DNA from: Saccharofermentans sp.
GTDB taxonomy: Bacteria > Bacillota > Clostridia > Saccharofermentanales > Saccharofermentanaceae
Direction: 5' to 3'
Assembly (NCBI GenBank): GCA_024682215.1
Contig: JAIKZM010000088.1
Location: forward strand, 25,345 to 89,344
DNA length: 64,000 bases
Shown: one piece after another, positions 61,345 through 64,000 of the stretch
Layout: each line of letters begins with the position of its first letter
Numbering within the stretch: position 1 is the stretch's first letter
Notes under the pieces: generated by a model
Told to the model about the DNA's origin: nothing
Databases searched by the model: none
The model's input: only the letters and a program-made list of their open reading frames with translations
Program-made: the position numbers and the translations under genes

Positions 61345-63207
61345 TTATTCAATTCCGACAAGTTTCATGAGGAACCTCGCATTGGATTCCCTGCTGATAC
61401 CATCAGCGAGCTTGTAGTCAAATGTGATGCCTGTATCTGAATATTTCTCTGAAAAATGGTAATAGCAAATGTTCTTGTAAGTATCCACGGTACGGTCGAT
61501 CATGGCGTAATCGTGAGTCGTCATCATGCCGCAGATACGTTTAGCCGAAAGGTTCTTCAAAACAATGAGAGCGCCCTCAGTGCGGTCATCGGAATTCGTG
61601 CCGCGGAAGATCTCGTCAATCAGGAACATTAAAGCGGTACTGCTCTCTTTCGCGCACTTGATGATCCCTGAGATCCTGACCAGTTCCGCCTTGAATGTAC
61701 TCATATCCTCGCCAAGATTATCCGTGATCCTCATCGATGACATGATCCTCATCCTGCCGACAGAAAGCGAGCTGCAAGGGACCATTGAACCCATATAAGC
61801 AAGGATGGAACAGACACCGACCGTTCTTATGAGTGTTGTCTTGCCTGACATGTTCGAACCCGTTATCAGGGCAATTCCTGATCTGATCGTAACAGAGTTG
61901 CTGACGCAGGAATCAGGAGCAAGGAGCGGATGAGAAATGTCCTTTCCTTCGAAATACGCATTGTCATCAGCAGATCCGCTCTTTTCGATGACGGGGAAAG
62001 AACTTACCTTGCTTACAAAAGATATCTGGGTAGCGCACATAAGTGATTCGATCTGAGCAAGGTCCGTTACCGCATGTGCAAGGCTGTCTCCGTATCTGTC
62101 AGCCCATATACCCATGAAATAACAGATGAGATGGTCGAGCGGGAAAACTCCGTTTATCAGGAAAGCAAACAAAGGCTGGCTTCTCAATCCCGCAAAGAAA
62201 AGAATGGTTGCAAGCGATGACAAAGAGCCCGTAACGCTCTTGCCGCCCTTCCCCGCTATCAGTCCGCGAAGATATTCACCCTTAATATCCGATGTCTCAA
62301 GGAGCGAATAAAGCTTATGGATCGTGGAAACCTGAGAAGGCATTCCGTCAGCTGCATTGAAATAATAAGCATTGTTCTTTACACCTGCTGCCCATGACAG
62401 TAGATTTATCAAAAGGACTCCCAAAATGCATGGACGCAGGAAAACCGGAAAGAATATATAAGAAGCAACAGGAACGAGCCACAGACAGATCAGAAATATC
62501 GCGGTCGTTAAATGGCTCTTTTTTACGGGTTTTCTCTCGGAAGCAAAATCAATCAAAGCCTTGGGATCTTTTTTCATCTTTCCGAGCATAGCCGTAGCCT
62601 GGTATTCTTCAAGGAAATCAGGTTTTCCGGAAAGCTCTTCAACAGCTTTCTGCCTTAACGAGATGTCTTCCGCAGACCTTATTACATCACCGTTTCCCAG
62701 AAGTTCCTTTGCAAAAGCTCTTCTTCCGAAAGAGGTCTCGGATACGTTAAGCCTTGTGAAAAGGGATTTCCTGCCGAAAAGGTCAAGGTCCGTGCAGTAA
62801 TCGTGATCGTCAGTATAGAATTCTGAGCCGCTTGCGTATCTTACGGCCTCTTCCCTCTCATCCTTTCTCTTTAACCCGTCGCATACGATCGAGAAAAAGC
62901 CGTCAAAATCGCCTTTGATCCTTGCGATGTACTTCGAATTGACGGTGCCGAGAGCTTCATAATAATTGAGTTTGGCGGATACCTTGCCGTGGATCACACA
63001 TAACACGGTAAATACGATCAGAAATAATGCAGCCGGTAAAAAGAGCAACGGCTTCTTAACAGCAAACGCGGCAATTACTGAACCTGCTGCGCAAACAAAC
63101 ATAACTAAACGGAATACGGACAACAGAATGCTTCTGCGTCCGTATTGATTCATAAGATCTGTGATCTTTTTGCTTTTATCTTCAAAAAACTTCGGATCTG
63201 CCGTCAT
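61345..63207 (-). CDS. Membrane-associated MutS-family ATPase (domain V) protein
   Basis: TM segments, DLDLFG, HPLL, ITGSNMSGKTT, STFKAE, IDEIFRGTN, TTHD. Confidence 0.88.
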   Translation of the reverse strand: MTADPKFFEDKSKKITDLMNQYGRRSILLSVFRLVMFVCAAGSVIAAFAVKKPLLFLPAALFLIVFTVLCVIHGKVSAKLNYYEALGTVNSKYIARIKGDFDGFFSIVCDGLKRKDEREEAVRYASGSEFYTDDHDYCTDLDLFGRKSLFTRLNVSETSFGRRAFAKELLGNGDVIRSAEDISLRQKAVEELSGKPDFLEEYQATAMLGKMKKDPKALIDFASERKPVKKSHLTTAIFLICLWLVPVASYIFFPVFLRPCILGVLLINLLSWAAGVKNNAYYFNAADGMPSQVSTIHKLYSLLETSDIKGEYLRGLIAGKGGKSVTGSLSSLATILFFAGLRSQPLFAFLINGVFPLDHLICYFMGIWADRYGDSLAHAVTDLAQIESLMCATQISFVSKVSSFPVIEKSGSADDNAYFEGKDISHPLLAPDSCVSNSVTIRSGIALITGSNMSGKTTLIRTVGVCSILAYMGSMVPCSSLSVGRMRIMSSMRITDNLGEDMSTFKAELVRISGIIKCAKESSTALMFLIDEIFRGTNSDDRTEGALIVLKNLSAKRICGMMTTHDYAMIDRTVDTYKNICYYHFSEKYSDTGITFDYKLADGISRESNARFLMKLVGIE

Positions 63208-63221
63208 TAAAAAACTTTTCC

Positions 63222-64000
63222 TTATGATTTAGATTTAGCTGGCTTTTTAGCCGGTTCCTTGGCAGTCTTAGGTTTTGCGGCAACCTTGACCTTAGTCTCT
63301 GTCTTAGATTTAGAAGCAGGCGTTGACTTTACGGTCTTTGACGCAGACTTGGCCGAAGTCTTTGTTTTTGCAGCCGCCGTCTTTCCGGCAGCAGTAGTCT
63401 TGGCCTTTGTTGAAGTCTTAGTCTTAGCCTTGGACTTCGTTGCCGCCTTTGCCCTGCTGACGCGCTTGGGAACGCAGTTATCAAGCACATCGCCAACGTT
63501 GTCATGGATCGTAAGCAATGCCTTGAGATCCATATAAGTGGAACTCTTATTGATGATAACGATCCTGTCATGCTTAAGGAACTGGGCAAATGTGGCTGCA
63601 GGATATACCGTTAGAGACGTGCCTGCAATTATAAGAAGGTCGCACTTTTTTACTGCCTTGATAGCATCATCAACATCCTTGTGATTGAGATTCTCCTCAT
63701 AAAGAACGATGTCAGGCCTTACTATGCCTCCGCACTTTTCACAGTGAGGAACGCCTTCCTGTGCAACGACATACTCAAGATCATATTTCTTACCGCACTC
63801 CATGCAGTAGTTCCTGAACACGGAACCGTGAAGCTCGATAACACATTTGCTGCCGGCTTCCTGATGAAGGTTGTCGATATTCTGTGTAATGATCGCCTTG
63901 AGCTTTCCCTGTCTTTCAAGCCTTACGAGAGCCTTGTGAGCCTTATTAGGTCTTGCATCGGGATATATGAGCTTTCTTTTGTAGAAGTCGAAAAAATCCT
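63222..64000 (-). CDS. cobB: NAD-dependent protein deacylase (Sir2 family) with a Lys/Ala/Thr-rich tail, 5' end outside window
   Basis: ITQNIDNLHQEAGS, ELHGS, CMEC/CEKC Zn site, RPDIVLYEE, GTSLTVYPAA. Confidence 0.9.
   Translation of the reverse strand, partial: DFFDFYKRKLIYPDARPNKAHKALVRLERQGKLKAIITQNIDNLHQEAGSKCVIELHGSVFRNYCMECGKKYDLEYVVAQEGVPHCEKCGGIVRPDIVLYEENLNHKDVDDAIKAVKKCDLLIIAGTSLTVYPAATFAQFLKHDRIVIINKSSTYMDLKALLTIHDNVGDVLDNCVPKRVSRAKAATKSKAKTKTSTKAKTTAAGKTAAAKTKTSAKSASKTVKSTPASKSKTETKVKVAAKPKTAKEPAKKPAKSKS

Overview
A 64 kb chromosomal segment of a Clostridia-type Firmicute; gene content suggests an Oscillospirales/Saccharofermentans-like anaerobe, which is an inference. Most of it is housekeeping: def-fmt-rsmB-rlmN-stp-pknB-rsgA-rpe-thiN, ahcY, punA, secA, T-box-pheST, mreCD-pbp2, icd, holA, engB, two prs genes, rqcH, queH, ruvCAB, pdp, tRNA-Lys and a sirtuin. 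The main finding is a three-gene Tad/Flp-type minor-pilin cluster (25.3-28.0 kb). Its last pilin is fused to a CdiA-CT EC869-like DNase-fold domain that appears to lack one catalytic Glu, and no immunity gene is evident. This cluster and comEC, 17 kb away, share a 29-bp upstream element (28/29 identical) built from 10-bp direct repeats. Together these suggest a clostridial DNA-uptake (competence) regulon using a Tad pilus tipped with a repurposed toxin nuclease domain. Other accessory features are a 1720-aa sortase-anchored S8-protease/NlpC-P60/SpaA/VaFE surface protein with a DUF5688-like partner behind a promoter-terminator leader, a TerY-P-like kinase/vWA/PP2C triad with extra parts, and several apparent pseudo-enzymes (MgsA-like, GGDEF-EAL). 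All family calls come from motif recognition by eye; no database searches were run.
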